From assembly GCA_963841735.1 (NCBI GenBank), contig CAWJDT010000001.1:1408001-1472000 (forward strand): a stretch of 64,000 nt of DNA, written 5' to 3'. The DNA comes from an uncultured Actinomycetes bacterium (GTDB lineage: Bacteria > Actinomycetota > Thermoleophilia > RBG-16-64-13). A model generated the notes under the pieces. That model ran no database searches. It saw only the letters and a list, made by a program, of their open reading frames with translations, and was not told the origin of the DNA. Positions within the stretch are counted from its first letter, which is position 1. Each line of letters begins with the position of its first letter. This document shows, piece after piece, positions 51,551 to 61,614 of this stretch. The translations under genes and the position numbers were made by a program.

Positions 51551-52525
51551 ATGTATAGGTGCATCGGCGGTTTGGCGAACACGATATCCAAATCGGTCAG
51601 GGGCCTCCGGGGAGGTGGTGCCGGCAGCCGACGGGTGCGTCTGCTCGCTCAGATCGGTCTGGGCCTGGCTGGAGTCATCTGGGGGGCCAACTTCGTGTTG
51701 GTGAAGGTGGCCATGGAAGATATGCCGCCCCTCTATTACCTGGGGTTGCGTTTCCTGGTGGGCGCTGTGGTGCTCGCTCCCTTTAGTGTGAGACGGCTGA
51801 AGAGACTCGATCGACGCAGCTGGATGCTGGGCTGCGGGATAGGGGCGCTGCTGTTTGCCGGCTTCGTGTTGCAGACCGTGGGGCTCCGCTCTACCTCGCC
51901 GGGCATCTCAGGCTTCCTGACCAGCCTTTATGTGCTCATGGTTCCTCTGATCCTAGGAGTGGCGACGGGCCGGTGGCCATCGCCTATGGTGGGGCTGGGG
52001 GTGGTGGTGGTAGCCGCCGGACTGGCGGTGCTATCTCTCTATGGCGAGGCTGCATTCGGTCTGGGAGAGCTCCTCACCTTGCTTGCCACAGTCTTCTGGG
52101 CCCTCCACATCCTGGGGGTGGGATACGCCTCCACCAGGATCAGCGCTATCGCGCTCGTGCAGATCCAGCTTACTGTTTGCGCCGTTCTGTCGTTGGCCTG
52201 TGCCTTTGCCATCGAGCGGCCTCAGCTCTTTCCCGGCTGGGAGGCCACGGGAGCCGTGCTCTGGACCGGGATCATGGGGGGAGTGGTGGCATATCTGCTG
52301 ATGGCTTTGGGACAGCGGTACACGCCACCTACACTTGCGGGGATCCTCATGAGTCTGGAGGCGGTCTTCGCTCTCATCGTGTCGATGATCATCGGCTACG
52401 ACACTCTGACAACGCGGACTGTGATCGGTTTCGTTCTGATGTTTGCCGGTACCACTGCAGCTCGAATCGGGTCAGAGAAGAGGACACCGGAGCTGGCGGC
52501 AGAGCCCGCGCCGCCGGGGCCTTAG
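51551..52525 (+). CDS. EamA/DMT family transporter (true start probably downstream)
   Basis: IWGANF..VK, LRFLVG, QTVGL, GELLTLLA, LEAVFA; about 10 TM. Confidence 0.88.
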   Translation: MYRCIGGLANTISKSVRGLRGGGAGSRRVRLLAQIGLGLAGVIWGANFVLVKVAMEDMPPLYYLGLRFLVGAVVLAPFSVRRLKRLDRRSWMLGCGIGALLFAGFVLQTVGLRSTSPGISGFLTSLYVLMVPLILGVATGRWPSPMVGLGVVVVAAGLAVLSLYGEAAFGLGELLTLLATVFWALHILGVGYASTRISAIALVQIQLTVCAVLSLACAFAIERPQLFPGWEATGAVLWTGIMGGVVAYLLMALGQRYTPPTLAGILMSLEAVFALIVSMIIGYDTLTTRTVIGFVLMFAGTTAARIGSEKRTPELAAEPAPPGP

Positions 52526-52531
52526 CTTCGC

Positions 52532-53248
52532 TCAGCTTCGTCCTGCGGCCGCTCTCGCGACAAAGGCGGCTACCTTCGTGGCTACAGCTTCGTAGGCGCC
52601 TTCGGGTTCCTTCCCCGAGGAACGAGGCAAGGCTAAGGAGTGGTCTCCCCCTTCGACCACGTATAACTCACCGGGCACGACTAGACAGGGGAGGGCGGGA
52701 CGCAATAGTTCCAGGTTGCAGAACGGATCGTGGCTGCCTATACAGAACAGGCTGGGGATGTCGATGTGCCGGAGGGGTTTGAGGTTGATGCGGTCGGGGC
52801 GACCAGGCGCGTGCAGCGGGTAGCCGAGTTCCACGAGACCCGCGGCGTCCACGCCGTCTCCCTCCGACCGACGCGAGACCATCTCGGCGGCTACCCGCCC
52901 GCCCAGAGATTTGCCCCCCACGAAGACGGGGACGCCCGCTACATAGAAGCCGCTTGCGAGCCGGGCGTAGGCGGCTCTAAAAGCGGCCTCCAGCACCACG
53001 GCCGAGTCCGGGGAGTCGGCGCCGCTCTCCGCATAGGCGAAGTTGAAGCGGAGCACCGCGATGCCGGCCGTGTCCGCCAGACGAGCGGCAAGATAGGCTA
53101 GAAGGGAGTGGTCCACGTCATTGTTGGACCCGTGCGCAAGGAGAAGAGCGGCGTTCGGGGCGGTGCCGGCCGGGGTGTCCAGCTTCGCGGTCACGTCGAC
53201 CGCACCGAGGACGTCAATCTTGAAGCTTCTCGAGGGGGATCGAGGCAT
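52532..53248 (-). CDS. Alpha/beta hydrolase family protein (KANL3/Tex30-like)
   Basis: LLAHG, RFNF, GGKSLGGR, GYPLHAPG, GSHDPF, GGDHSL. Confidence 0.85.
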   Translation of the reverse strand: MPRSPSRSFKIDVLGAVDVTAKLDTPAGTAPNAALLLAHGSNNDVDHSLLAYLAARLADTAGIAVLRFNFAYAESGADSPDSAVVLEAAFRAAYARLASGFYVAGVPVFVGGKSLGGRVAAEMVSRRSEGDGVDAAGLVELGYPLHAPGRPDRINLKPLRHIDIPSLFCIGSHDPFCNLELLRPALPCLVVPGELYVVEGGDHSLALPRSSGKEPEGAYEAVATKVAAFVARAAAGRS

Positions 53249-53334
53249 CCACGCTCTCCTTCTGTGGGGTCAGGGACATGGCCAAACAACGAACTATGTG
53301 TAATATACGTGTACAAGCCTCAAGGGAGGGCACA

Positions 53335-53574
53335 TTGGAACGGATCATCGGCAATCTTGACAAGGCCAAGCTAAAGCTGGACGAGGCCTTCTTCTACCTT
53401 GACGAGATCGAGGAGCTCATCCAAGAAGATGAGCTGAGCGAGACGGCTGGCTCCAAAGTCACCCAGGCCACCGAGCGGCTCACTGCCGAACTCTCTGCGC
53501 TGAGCGGCAGGGTGGCAGAGTTGCAGGATATCCTGGCCGCCCTTGACCAACAAGAGGCATCTGCCGGCGAGTAG
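53335..53574 (+). CDS. Small acidic coiled-coil protein, hypothetical
   Basis: GGGAGG RBS before TTG 53335; heptad pattern; hairpin plus T-tract at 53619-53656. Confidence 0.6.
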   Translation: MERIIGNLDKAKLKLDEAFFYLDEIEELIQEDELSETAGSKVTQATERLTAELSALSGRVAELQDILAALDQQEASAGE

Positions 53575-53719
53575 TTTGTCGGGGTCTGGGCGGGCGCGGT
53601 CGCAGCGGTTCTAGCCTCGGAGGGCGAGGCGGATCTAGCGGGTCGCCCTCCTTCTTGGTGAGCGTTTGCACGACTCAGGCAGGAGTTGCTTTCTGTGCCA
53701 AAGAGAACGGCTCGCTACC

Positions 53720-55210
53720 CTAGTTGTGCTCGTGGTGCTCAGGGATGTACTCCTCCAGAACGGGAAAATCGCGGAGTTGCTTGTCGATGGCAGCCTTCAT
53801 GAACGAGTCGACCCACCAGAACACGTTCTGCGTACGCACGTTCCGTCGCAACCGCCTCATCCGGTAGCGGCGCTCGCCGGAAGTCATGTGGAAGGCAGCG
53901 TAGAGGGCGTCGGCAGTCTGTTCCACGTCGTATGGGTTGACCACCACAGCGCCCTGCCCCATCTGGGCGGCGGCTCCGGCGAACTGGCTGAGCACCAGCA
54001 CCGAATCCTCGTCGAGGCTGCATGCGCAGAACTCCTTGGCTACTAGGTTCATCCCGTCCTTGAGTGGAGTCACCAGGCCGATACTGGCCATCCGGTAGAA
54101 GGCCAACAGCTCGGTCTGCGAGAGGCTGCGGAAGAAGTAATGTACCGGCACCCAACCGACCTCGCCCAAGCGTCCGTTCACCTCTCCTACGAGTTGCTCG
54201 ATCTCCAGTTTGAGCTCGTCGTACCTCTGGATGCCCTCGCGGCTGGGCACTACCACTTGGAACAGATTGACGCGCCTCCGCACTTCCGGAAAACGCTCGA
54301 TAAGGCTGGCAAAGGCTCGGATCCGCTGGGGGATGCCCTTCGTGTAGTCAAGCCGATCCAGCCCCAGAACTATCTGGCGTCCTTCGAATCGGGAGCGGAT
54401 GACGTGGACTCGTTCTTCTACCTGAGGGTCCGCGGCCGACTTGGCGAAGGCGGCGGCGTCTATGCCTATGGGGAACGAGCCGACCCGCATCTCCCTGCCG
54501 CCGATCTTCACCACGTGCAGATGGCCTTCGGCGGTTATGCGGGCGTTCTTCACCAGGGTGCGGACGCACTGGATGAAGTTGCGGCGATCGCGTTGGGTCT
54601 GGAATCCCACCAGGTCATGGTCGAGCAACGACGTGAGCACTGCGCTGCGTTCTGGCAGCTTCATGAAGATATCCGGTGCGGGGAAAGGAATGTGTAGGAA
54701 GAATGCCAGATTGGCACAGTGCCCAGCCTCGCGAAGGTGGTGGGCGACGTCCATCAGCTGGTAGTCGTGCACCCAGACAAAGTCCTCCCCCAAGCATTCG
54801 GCGGCAATGACTTCGGCGAACTTGCGATTGACCTTGGTGTAGGCTTGCCAGTATGCGGGCTCGAATTCGCACCGTGTCTGAAGGTCGTGGAAGAGAGGCC
54901 ACACGCTCTCGTTGGAATACCCGTGGTAGTAGTTCTCCACCTCTTCGGGACTCAGCGAGACGGGCTTTAGATCATAGCCGGCGTCTCGCGAAGCGCTCTT
55001 GAATATCTTGGACATTTCCGGGACTTCCTCGGTGACCCCCGACCAGCCTATCCACATGCCCCCCCTATCGCGTAGCACCGGAAGCAGAGCTGTCACGAGT
55101 CCGCCGGAGCCCGGCTTGAGCGTCCAGTGGCCATTGTCTTGCTTCTTCTCGAGCACGTAGGGGAGCCTGTTGGAGACCACAATCAGTCTTCCGGTCGATC
55201 TAGCGGCCAC
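53720..55210 (-). CDS. otsA: Trehalose-6-phosphate synthase
   Basis: [51 protein letters not shown]. Confidence 0.95.
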   Translation of the reverse strand: MAARSTGRLIVVSNRLPYVLEKKQDNGHWTLKPGSGGLVTALLPVLRDRGGMWIGWSGVTEEVPEMSKIFKSASRDAGYDLKPVSLSPEEVENYYHGYSNESVWPLFHDLQTRCEFEPAYWQAYTKVNRKFAEVIAAECLGEDFVWVHDYQLMDVAHHLREAGHCANLAFFLHIPFPAPDIFMKLPERSAVLTSLLDHDLVGFQTQRDRRNFIQCVRTLVKNARITAEGHLHVVKIGGREMRVGSFPIGIDAAAFAKSAADPQVEERVHVIRSRFEGRQIVLGLDRLDYTKGIPQRIRAFASLIERFPEVRRRVNLFQVVVPSREGIQRYDELKLEIEQLVGEVNGRLGEVGWVPVHYFFRSLSQTELLAFYRMASIGLVTPLKDGMNLVAKEFCACSLDEDSVLVLSQFAGAAAQMGQGAVVVNPYDVEQTADALYAAFHMTSGERRYRMRRLRRNVRTQNVFWWVDSFMKAAIDKQLRDFPVLEEYIPEHHEHN

Positions 55211-55246
55211 TCACCCTCCTAGGTGGGGTGCTGGGGCGACAGACGC

Positions 55247-56533
55247 TCACAGACCCTGGTAGTTGGCGCTGCCCTGGCTAAGCTCGATGCGGTCCTCGTT
55301 TCCGTGCCTAAGGGCCAGAATGAGCGTGAGATACTCCCGCAGGTGGCGGGTGGTGAGGAAGTTGTGCCGCACCAATTCGCGCGCGTTCTGGCCGATCTGA
55401 TGAATGCGCCGGCGATCGGAAAGCAGGTAGCGGATGCGCATCGCTGCCCCTTCGGGGGTGTCCACAAGGAAGCCGGTGCGGTGGTCCACCAACTGAAGCC
55501 GAATGCCCCCGGTGTTGCCGCCAATGACCGGTTTGCCCTTCCACATGGCCTCGGTCACCGTGAGGCCGAAGCCCTCGCGGATAGACTTCTGGAGCACGAT
55601 GTCGGCCGCCGACTGCAGGGCGCCTATGAACCGGTCGCCATAGTGCTCCGCGGAGAGAATGTGGATGTCGGGGTCGCCTTCCGCGGCTGCGTAGACCTCA
55701 GCCAGGACGGCCGCGCCCTCGGGATCGTCCGCTGCGCTACCTCCTACCAGCACCAACTGCAGGCTGGGCACGAACTCTGTGGCCAAGCGATAGGCCCGGA
55801 TCACTCCCACGGGATCTTTGAACCGGTCGAAGCGGGATACCTGAAGCAACAGGGGCCGGCGCGGATCGATTCCGCACTCCTTGAAGACCTTGCGCACTTC
55901 CTTCGACCTGTACGGAAGGTTCTTCTCACTGAGTGGATCGATGCTCGGCGGGATAAGGTAGACCGGGTGCGGCATGGTCTGGGCGAAGGCGTCGAGCGAG
56001 AAGATGCTGGCGTCATAGCCCATCACGAATTCGCGCACGTAGTTCCAGACCGGCCGGTAGGGGTGGCTTAGGTCGATGTGGCATCGCCAGATCCACTTTC
56101 CTGTTCTGTCAGGGAAATGGCCGAGTAGGGGAGCGGGCTGCGGATCGTGGATGAAGACCACGTCGGCTTCCTGAAGGATAGGACGCATGCGCTCCGCGTT
56201 GGCAGCGTTCACTCTCTCGTATTCGCTCAGGAGGTTTGGGGGGATCCGTAGTGCCTTTCCTTGAAGCGCATTGTGGAAGGACTTGGTGCAGGCGAAGAAG
56301 TCCTCGTTGCCCTCGATTACCTCCCAGCTGGCGTCGAGCTCGAGCGCCCGCATCAAGGGGACCAGCGATTCCAGTATCTCGGCGACTCCTCCTCCTACAC
56401 GGGTGGAGTTGACGTGAACGACCCGTAGGCCGGCCAGCGGCTCGGCGAGTTGGCGGAGCTGTTCTACGGCGTCCCGACCGGCGTGCTCGGCATATCGGTC
56501 CAGCAAGTCTTGACTTTGGGCCGGGGTGGTCAT
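55247..56533 (-). CDS. treT: Trehalose synthase (glycosyltransferring, GT4)
   Basis: HVNSTRVGGGVAEIL, FHNALQG, IHDPQP, WRCHID, SRFDRFKDP, EGFGLTVTEAMWK. Confidence 0.85.
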   Translation of the reverse strand: MTTPAQSQDLLDRYAEHAGRDAVEQLRQLAEPLAGLRVVHVNSTRVGGGVAEILESLVPLMRALELDASWEVIEGNEDFFACTKSFHNALQGKALRIPPNLLSEYERVNAANAERMRPILQEADVVFIHDPQPAPLLGHFPDRTGKWIWRCHIDLSHPYRPVWNYVREFVMGYDASIFSLDAFAQTMPHPVYLIPPSIDPLSEKNLPYRSKEVRKVFKECGIDPRRPLLLQVSRFDRFKDPVGVIRAYRLATEFVPSLQLVLVGGSAADDPEGAAVLAEVYAAAEGDPDIHILSAEHYGDRFIGALQSAADIVLQKSIREGFGLTVTEAMWKGKPVIGGNTGGIRLQLVDHRTGFLVDTPEGAAMRIRYLLSDRRRIHQIGQNARELVRHNFLTTRHLREYLTLILALRHGNEDRIELSQGSANYQGL

Positions 56534-57225
56534 GCCGGTACTCCCGCGGCAGCCGACATGCTTGCAGCCTCGGGCGTCGGGGCGACGAAGTAGTCGGTCA
56601 CCACCTGGGCGAGCCTTTCTCTAAGCACTGAAAGCGACTCGAAGTACGGATCGACCGCGCCGATCAGATCACAAAGTGCGGCGTATTTGGTGCCGAGACC
56701 CATGAGCCACGCTCGGAAGTCGTCTACCGCAATGGGCTCTCGACGCCGAGCATCGATGAAGTGATAGAAGACACTGCCAAGCGACAACTTGGGAAGTATC
56801 TCTACGAGGTCCCGCGGGTTGGTGAGGCGTCTGCTGGTGTCGAAAACAACTATCACAGACCGGACGAAGTGGAACTGGTGATCAGCTCGCGCGAACAGCA
56901 TCAACTCGGTCTCATCCAGCCTTTCTTCGATGACTTCCAGCAGCTCTCTTCGCAGGTGTTCAAGGTCTGAGAAGTCGGCGGGGTCGATGACGGCCAGACG
57001 TTCCGCGGTAGGGGCGTCATGCAGAGCCCTGCCGCACCAGGTTGCGAAGTCGTTGTTGTATTCGCGGTCGGAGAACTGGGGGCGGAGGAGCGTTCCCCAG
57101 AAATGCTGATAGATACAGCCAGGGTGGATGTCGCGCACGCAATCGCGCAATTCTCGAAGTGTCTGAGCCCTACGCCCGGTGGCGATCGTGGCCAATGAGC
57201 AATCCTTGACAACAAAGTCGATCAT
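56530..57225 (-). CDS. DUF5752 family protein (TreT-associated)
   Basis: Internal duplicated motif IYQHF...NDFATW / VFYHF...DDFRAW; overlaps treT start. Confidence 0.75.
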   Translation of the reverse strand: MIDFVVKDCSLATIATGRRAQTLRELRDCVRDIHPGCIYQHFWGTLLRPQFSDREYNNDFATWCGRALHDAPTAERLAVIDPADFSDLEHLRRELLEVIEERLDETELMLFARADHQFHFVRSVIVVFDTSRRLTNPRDLVEILPKLSLGSVFYHFIDARRREPIAVDDFRAWLMGLGTKYAALCDLIGAVDPYFESLSVLRERLAQVVTDYFVAPTPEAASMSAAAGVPA

Positions 57226-57272
57226 GGGGGTGCCTCCTGGGTATTAAGTGAGTCTACCCGTTTGAGAGATGT

Positions 57273-58084
57273 TCAACCCTGGGAAGAGACGAAGGCTTCC
57301 AGAAAGGTGGCGGTGGAGTCGCAATCCGGAAGCATGTATTCGGCCTTGGTGCTCCATGCCGGTTGGCCTACGACTATCGTTTACCCCCCAGCCTCGCGCG
57401 GCCACGAACATGTCTTCGTCGGTCAGATCGTCCCCGATACACACCGGGCAAGTGTCGGTTCGTCCCAAACGCATTTGACCCAGCAGCCAGAGCATCGCTC
57501 TACCCTTCCCCCAGTCAACGGCGGGACGCAGCTCGTGCACCATCTTGCCGCCGGTCCAGTCTTAGGCCCGGTGCAGACCCCGCCACCTGTCGCACCGTCT
57601 CAGCCACGAGGGGTTGCTGCTCTTTGTCCACCATCCGGTAGTGCACCGACAGCGACCGCTCTTTGGCCTCGACAAAGGCACCGTCGATCGAGCGGAGGCG
57701 GTGCTCCAGCTCTGCGGCAGCCAGTTCCAGCTGGCCGTCTTCTGCTCCCACCTCGAGCTCGATGTTCGATCCTGGAGGCCCCACGACTCGGTAGCCGTGG
57801 TCGCCGGCATAGGAGACCCCGGCGATGTTGACCTTCCGGCGCAGGTCGGCCAGGTCACGCCCCGATATGAGACACACGAGGTGGTTGCCGGCGAGGGCCG
57901 CGAGCACCTTCATCGTTCGCTCCGGAACTTTCGCCAGTTCGGGGCGTGAGGCAAGGGGCGCCAAGGTGCCGTCCAAATCAAGGAAGAACGAAGGCTCGCG
58001 CGGTCCTATTCGCTCGCCTATACGCGAGAGACTATCAAGGGCCAAAGGTATAGTTAGGTCACTCACTGGCTTAGATACTCTCAC
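57273..58084 (-). CDS. otsB: Trehalose-6-phosphate phosphatase (frameshifts ~57555, ~57383)
   Basis: FLDLDGTLAP, ISGR, AGDHG, SVHYR, ELRP..WGKG, IGDDLTDEDMF. Confidence 0.88.
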
Positions 58085-58272
58085 ATGAAGGTCCGAATTT
58101 CATGCGAAGGTTGCATAAATGTTGATACCCATGCGCCGACGGGATGATGTATTATGGAATAGCATCGATAGGAAGCTCTCCCCGCGACGTGCAGAGTGCT
58201 TCATCTACTCGTCCGTCCGCTGGTGCATCCGAACGTATGCAGTAGTAGCCACTGGTATCTGTGGAGGACATG

Positions 58273-58636
58273 ATGAGCACGGCAAGGCTGTATGTCGGCA
58301 ACCTCTCCTACGGCACCACCAAAGAGACCCTAGAGAAGGCGTTCGCTGAGCACGGTGAGGTGGTGGCGGTAAACATCATCACCGACCGCCAGACCGGACG
58401 TCCGAAGGGCTTTGCCTTTGTCGAGATGAGCACGCCCGAAGCGGCAGAAGCAGCCAAAGCTGCGCTCAACGGAGCCGACATCGACGGACGCACCATTAAC
58501 GTCGATAGCGCCAGGGAGCAGGAGCAGCGTCGGCCGGGTGGCTTTGGCGGTGGCGGTGGTTGCGGCGGTACGGTGGCGGCGGCGGCTACGGCGGCGGCAG
58601 TCGCGGTGGCAGGGCGGCGGCGGGTCGCGCTGGTAG
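58273..58636 (+). CDS. RRM RNA-binding protein with Gly-rich tail (frameshifts in tail)
   Basis: RNP2 LYVGNL, RNP1 KGFAFVEM, GRTINVD; GGGGY repeats ending GGSRW*. Confidence 0.9.
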
Positions 58637-58734
58637 ACCGGCGCCGATCGGCGTGAGCCGCGCCCGCGGGATACGGGTGAGCGTCGCAGTAGGTGGAAAT
58701 TACGGGGCGCCGGGAGACCGGCGCCCCTCTTGTT

Positions 58735-60775
58735 CTATGAGGGCCGAAGCAGAGTTCTCTGAGCCGCGCGGGGTCGCCGGTGGGGGCCGCGCAGGTGGAG
58801 CGACTGCACACCCACGCGGTGGCTTGGGGACTCGCGTCCGGTTCGTGGCCCGCGAGCAGGGGGTTCGTCGAGGCTGCCCCGGGGGGCCGCGCAGCTAAGA
58901 CCAGATCTGGCCGAAACGGTTCGTTGACCACGGCAAGCAGTCCGCCTGGTCTCTTCGGCGGCGGGCTCTCCTATGATCGCTACCTCTACAGTGCCTGTCT
59001 CGGCCAGTAGCTGAGCATAGAGCCAACCGCCGAACATCATGGGGGCGCGGGCGGCAAAGGCTGGACCGGTGTTCAGGGTGCGAGCGGCCAGGTCGCGGTA
59101 GCGGGTTTCACCTGTGAACGATGCCATTTTCAGGAGTGTCGTCGCCGCCAGGGAGTTGCCGCAGGCAGTGGGGCTGTCCTGCAGGGAACGGGGCCGGAGG
59201 ATGAGGGTTTCGTGATCGTCGCTGGTGTCGTAGAACCCCCCGTCAGGTCTTGAGAAGTGCTCGATCAGCGCGTCCGTGAGTCCCCAGGCGGCCTCAAACC
59301 ACTCATCGGCGAAAGTGCACTGGTAGAGGGCGAGAAAGCCATCTATGGCGCCGGCGTAGTCTTCAAGATAGCCGTTGCCCAAGGCCCTGCCCGACTTCCA
59401 GGAATGCCTGAGCCGGTGTCTCGCCACCATCAAGTGTTCGGCAAGAAAGCGGCCGGTCTTCTCGGCCGCCGCGCGATAGCGGTCCGAGGGTAGGGCTCGG
59501 GCTGCCTCGGAGAAAGCCGCCAGCGCCAGCCCGTTCCACCCAGCTATCACCTTCTCGTCGCGGGCGGGCGGCTCCCTTCGCTCGCGGGCTGCCAGCAGTT
59601 TTCCTCGGGCGACCATGAGCCTCTCACCGGGGGATGTCGCGGCAGTACTCTGTGACCCCGCGTCCAGGTGCAGGATGTTAACGCCCTCGAAGTTGCCGGC
59701 ACTGCTCACGCCGTAGGTCTCGATGAACTCATCGGCCTCTTTGTCGTTCAGGATGGCGCGAACCTGATCGAGCGTCCACACGTAGAACCTTCCCTCTTGT
59801 CCCTGGGAATCGGCGTCCTCAGAGCTGTAGAAGCCCCCCGTGGGCGCTATTCATGCGGCGCTGCAGGTAGTCGAGTGTTTCTTCGACGATGGTTCGGTAG
59901 CGGGGCCGCCCCGTCAGTTGCCAGGCGTGCAGATAGCACCTCGCTAGTTGGGCGTTGTCGTACAGCATCTTTTCGAAGTGAGGTACGAGCCAGCGTTCAT
60001 CGACGGCGTAGCGGTGAAAGCCGCCGCCGAGGTGATCGTAGATGCCTCCCGCGGCCATAGCGTCGAGAGTGGACCAAATCTCAGGCTCCGGTTGAGCTTT
60101 ACCTAATAGGGCCTGACGGAAGAGCAGGTAATCGAGTACGAGCGGCTGAGGGAACTTGGGGGCCTCACCCCAGCCTCCGTAAATCGGGTCGAAAGAAGCG
60201 TGTAGTGACCGATCCGCCTCGGTCAGCATCAGCTGTGGGGATTCGGCCCGCGAGCCATCCTGGCCGGGGGCGGTCTGCTCTTGCTGAAGCTGCTTGAGTA
60301 TGGAGGCAGCGCCTTGTCTCAGTTCATCCCGGCGGTCAGTCCAGGCGCCGGCGATTGCTGTGAGCACCTGGCGAAAGGAGGGCGTCCCGGGCCGGGGGGC
60401 GGGGGGGAAGTAGGTACCTCCATAGAACGGTACGGTGTTGGGATCGAGCCAGACGCTTAGGGGCCATCCCCCGCGACCGGTGAGAGTCACGACGGCCTGC
60501 ATGTAGATGGAGTCCAGGTCGGGTCTCTCCTCGCGGTCGACCTTGATGCACACGAAATGGGCGTTTAGGAGTTCGGCGGTGCTGGGGTCAACAAACGATT
60601 CGCGCTCCATCACGTGGCACCAGTGGCAGGCCGAGTACCCTATGCTGAGAAAGATGGGCACGTCTTCGGCCTGGGCTCTCGCCAAGGCCTCGGGACCCCA
60701 GGGGTACCAGTCGACCGGGTTGTCGGCGTGCTGCAGAAGGTAGGGGCTCGATTCCGCGGCGAGGTGGTTGGGCAT
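58735..60775 (-). CDS. YyaL/DUF255 thioredoxin-domain protein (frameshifts ~59830, ~58935)
   Basis: [65 protein letters not shown]. Confidence 0.9.
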
Positions 60776-60886
60776 GTCGCTCTCCTTCCGTGAAGCGCAG
60801 GAGCGATACTCTACTACCCTCTCTTGGATACAATGAACCAACAGTATGTTGCAGCAGTGCATCCCTAGGCGCTTATGGAGGCAGGC

Positions 60887-61009
60887 ATGCCGAGGTTCGC
60901 GGGCAAGAGGTCCCATCACATCTGGTGGGAGTTGGCGATTCTGATAGTGCTGGTCGTGGTGGTGCTTGTTGTGCTGGAACTCACCGGCACCGCCCATATC
61001 TTTACCTAA
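60887..61009 (+). CDS. 40-aa single-TM small protein (not in ORF track)
   Basis: [48 protein letters not shown]; stop abuts the RBS of next gene. Confidence 0.65.
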   Translation: MPRFAGKRSHHIWWELAILIVLVVVVLVVLELTGTAHIFT

Positions 61010-61023
61010 CAAGGAGGCGCGTG

Positions 61024-61535
61024 GTGGCCAAGGCTAGCGAGATCCTCGGCAGACCCCTGGTGATACGCGAAGGTGGCCGGGCGGTCGGCAAGGTCAAAGA
61101 CTTAGTGGTGGACGAATACGGCAAGCGTGTCCTGGGCTTTGTAGTCTCAGAGGGGCTGTTCAAGACCACCCGGGTGGCGTTGTACGCCAGCGTGCAGACC
61201 ATCGGGCCCGACTCAGTGATCATCGGCACCGTCGACGGCGTGGTCAAAGCTGTCGATGCGCCCGATATCAGCAGCGTCTTGGACAAGAATCAGAAGATCC
61301 GGGGTATCAAGGTCCAGACGACGGGCGGCAAGGATCTGGGTGAGGTCAACGACTTCGAGTTCGACGAGAGTAGCGGAGTGGTTTTGGGCTATGAGCTCTC
61401 CGGTGGTCTTTTCGCCGACGTCTTCGGTGGCCGCTCGTTTCCTTCCCTACCCCGGCGTCCCTCGAGCTGGGAAAAGACGTGGCCTTTGTCGGCCCCGAAG
61501 CGGAAGAGACGGTCCACAAACGCTCGGAGAGCTGA
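61024..61535 (+). CDS. Tandem PRC-barrel domain protein (frameshift ~61445)
   Basis: [54 protein letters not shown]; AAGGAGG RBS. Confidence 0.82.
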
Positions 61536-61614
61536 GGGCCACTTCGCAGGCAGTGGCGGCAGCGTGCCGGCGCGGGGTACGCTCGTGCTCCTTGGCTCGG
61601 CGGGGAGCCCAGAG

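Noticed and set aside
58545-58625. GGC repeat tract
   Set aside because: It is the Gly-rich tail typical of bacterial RRM proteins.
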